Part shown: positions 61,393-64,000 of the stretch, piece by piece
Layout: each line of letters opens with the position of its first letter
Numbering within the stretch: position 1 is the stretch's first letter
Source: Heterodontus francisci
Taxonomy: Eukaryota
Assembly: GCF_036365525.1 (NCBI RefSeq)
Contig: NC_090404.1
Location: forward strand, 13,854,550-13,918,549
Direction: 5' to 3'
DNA: 64,000 nt
Notes under the pieces: generated by a model
The model's database searches: none
Seen by the model: only the letters and a program-made list of their open reading frames with translations
What the model was told of the DNA's origin: nothing
Translations under genes and position numbers: made by a program

Positions 61393-64000
61393 CTCAAAGC
61401 TAATTAACTCGCTATATCTTTATCTATGCATCTGTTTATCTATCTTTTTTTTTCTGTGTGCACATTTGGGTCTATGACCTGATCTGCTATCCTTCAAAAT
61501 GGGCTATTTTAACAAATACTGTGGCCATGTGCTGACTTTGAACTCTTTATCTCACCGAGTAATTCTTATAACCTAATGTTAACCTAGATAAACAGATAGA
61601 TAAATAAAGAGACAGCAAGTCTACGTCCTATTAATTTATATCTGTGGATGTACCTATTAATCTCATTATCTATGTATCTATCGATTTAATTATTTCACGA
61701 TAGATATCTAACTATGCATTTCTCTGCCTATCTTTGTACCATTTATCTATGTATTCCTCTATTTCTATATCTATATATGCAAGGTTTTATCTCTAAATCT
61801 CTATCTAACTAGCTGTCGTTATCCCTCTGTCTAGGTGGCTCGCTGTCCACCCACCCATTCATCTTTATGCAGGACTGAGAGGAGAAAGACCATGGTAAAG
61901 CCTGCTCAATCACCTAATCCTCTATTGTTAGCTGAATTAAGTTTCATATTAAAAAGATAGACATTGGTTTGGTGTAATGACACGACCTATTCACTCAATA
62001 TGCTAAAAGTTGACTTTCTTGTAGATCTATCATCAAAGAAACAGTTTTCAAAACAGACAGGGCGATGATACATCCCATTTGAATCTGTATAATATTTTAC
62101 ATCAAGGTGAAACTCTTATACAGTCTTGTGTCATTCACTCTCTGACAATATTATTAATAAACCCTCAACACTCTAACCCTGTAATTGGAAGACACACTAT
62201 ATGGCCTCTCCTCACATGGTTCCAAACTGCAGGGAGCATTAAAAGAGATTACCCTCTCAAAAACTCCGACCTATTCAAGGTCTAAATATCTCACACATAT
62301 TTCGGGGAGTGGGTGCTGATGAAGGCTTCATGTATGGGTACATGTATAGCTATGTTTGTTATAAAATCCTTCTCTCAAGTCTAAACTCAGGCATCCATTT
62401 TATTTTATCTCACTGTGTTTTCTATGTTTCATGTATGGTCTAGTGTCAGTTTGTCTTAGTTGCTTTGATTATCCATTCTGAATAAACAGCAGTTTCCCTC
62501 AGCTAGATTTCACAAAAAACTGCAAATCCAGAATATATCGGTCCAACATATCTCAAACACTTTACAGCAATGCACACTATGGCCAATCTCTCCCTTTTTA
62601 AACTCCTTTCTCTACATTTATAATAAAAACTGCCTATGTAAACATGTCACGTGTGATTACACAGGAATGGCGGTGTGACACTTCAGATTTACATCTCGCA
62701 CCTTCATCATCTGTACTGCACAGGATCTTCTAGGTTGGATTCAATACTATTTCGTTGCTTTACAAACCATCCTAACTCTAGTTATGTACTTTTAAATAAT
62801 AATATGAAACCATTAAATTGACACAAGGGCAAATGCATGAGTTTAATGTGGGAACTGGATTATTGCTGCACGCCCCTCATCCAATTCTCCAACAACATCC
62901 AAACCCATTCCACCTAAAGACTACGCTTGGCTTTGGCTGCCTTTGTGAAATAGTAGCTGAGTTGATTAGTAATGAACGAAAGCACTAATAACCCTTTCAT
63001 CAGGCAGTAAAATATATGTCCATGTTCTTTTCTTTTCTTTTCTATTCATGTTCCAGACAGCTAGGGTCCCACTTCAGAGATCCTACAAACCCTGTTTCAT
63101 ATAGTATACAGGACGACGTACTCTGACTGCATTCCAAAGATGAAACCAACCTGGGGGTCCTGGTTGACAAACTCTTTTCGTTTTTAATCTCATTCTATTT
63201 GTTCCCCATTGACCTCCCCCACCACCCAGGCCTCCATTCTTATCAGTATTATCAATATTCAAAAGAAAGATGCCATTTGTTTGATGTAAGGACAGGACAT
63301 TCATTCACTCAGTATGCTAAACGTGGACTTTCTTGGTGATCGATTGTCAAAGAAATAGTTGTTAAAACAGATAGGGGACGAGGCGTCCCATTTGAAACAC
63401 TACAATATTTCTTTCTGGATGAAACTCTTAGATAGCCTCGCGCCATTCTTCCTCTGACAATAACTTACTTTATCCTCTAACCATTCCAGCCTGGTATTTG
63501 AAAGGCCCATGATGTGAATTCTCGGTGCATGTTACCAGACAGCAGGGAGCATTGCAATAGTTTAATCTTGGCTGAATGAATAGGAAATGGAGACATGACC
63601 TGGCAGCCACGAGATAATTTCCACACCCCACAGACAGAGCCCCACCTCCCGCCTCCCCACTTGCCCCACCCCAACCATAAGTTAAATCCTGCTAATTGCC
63701 GATAAATAATAGGATGAGAATAAAGTATACTGAAACGAAGGCAGAGTGCATAACTTTAAAATGGTGTATTCCACCCCCCACCCCCCCGCCCCCACACCCC
63801 GCCGCTCATCCATTCAACCCCATTCCACGTGAAGACTACAATTGATTTTGGCTCTCTTGGTGAAATGACAGCTGATGTCCATTGTGAGGATGGCGAAGAA
63901 ATAATAACCCTTGGATCTAACAATGAAATGTATCCCAGTTTGCACTACTAGTCTATTCATGTCCCACAGAACCGGAGACTCATTAAAAGACCCTAAATGT

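Overview
This is eukaryotic genomic DNA from a shark. HE1-type SINEs point to an elasmobranch, and the Ig constant exons closely match the horn shark (Heterodontus) IgM protein as I recall it. The first ~37 kb is an antigen-receptor region with at least seven TCR alpha/delta-type V segments in both orientations, each with a V exon and a 23-type RSS, six with a leader exon. Four have open reading frames and three are pseudogenes. Embedded in this V array on the minus strand is a complete but inactivated IgM heavy-chain constant locus: JH, CH1-CH4 with secretory tail, TM1 and TM2 (7640-27234). It has lost its VH and D segments and abuts head-to-head with a TCR V pseudogene that lacks its paralog's promoter. 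The right part is repeat-rich (CR1, L2 and RTE LINEs, HE1 and Deu SINEs, solo LTRs, minisatellites). It contains one single-exon P2Y/LPAR-like GPCR ORF that lacks several near-invariant class A residues. All coordinates and alignments were made by eye, and repeat boundaries are approximate.
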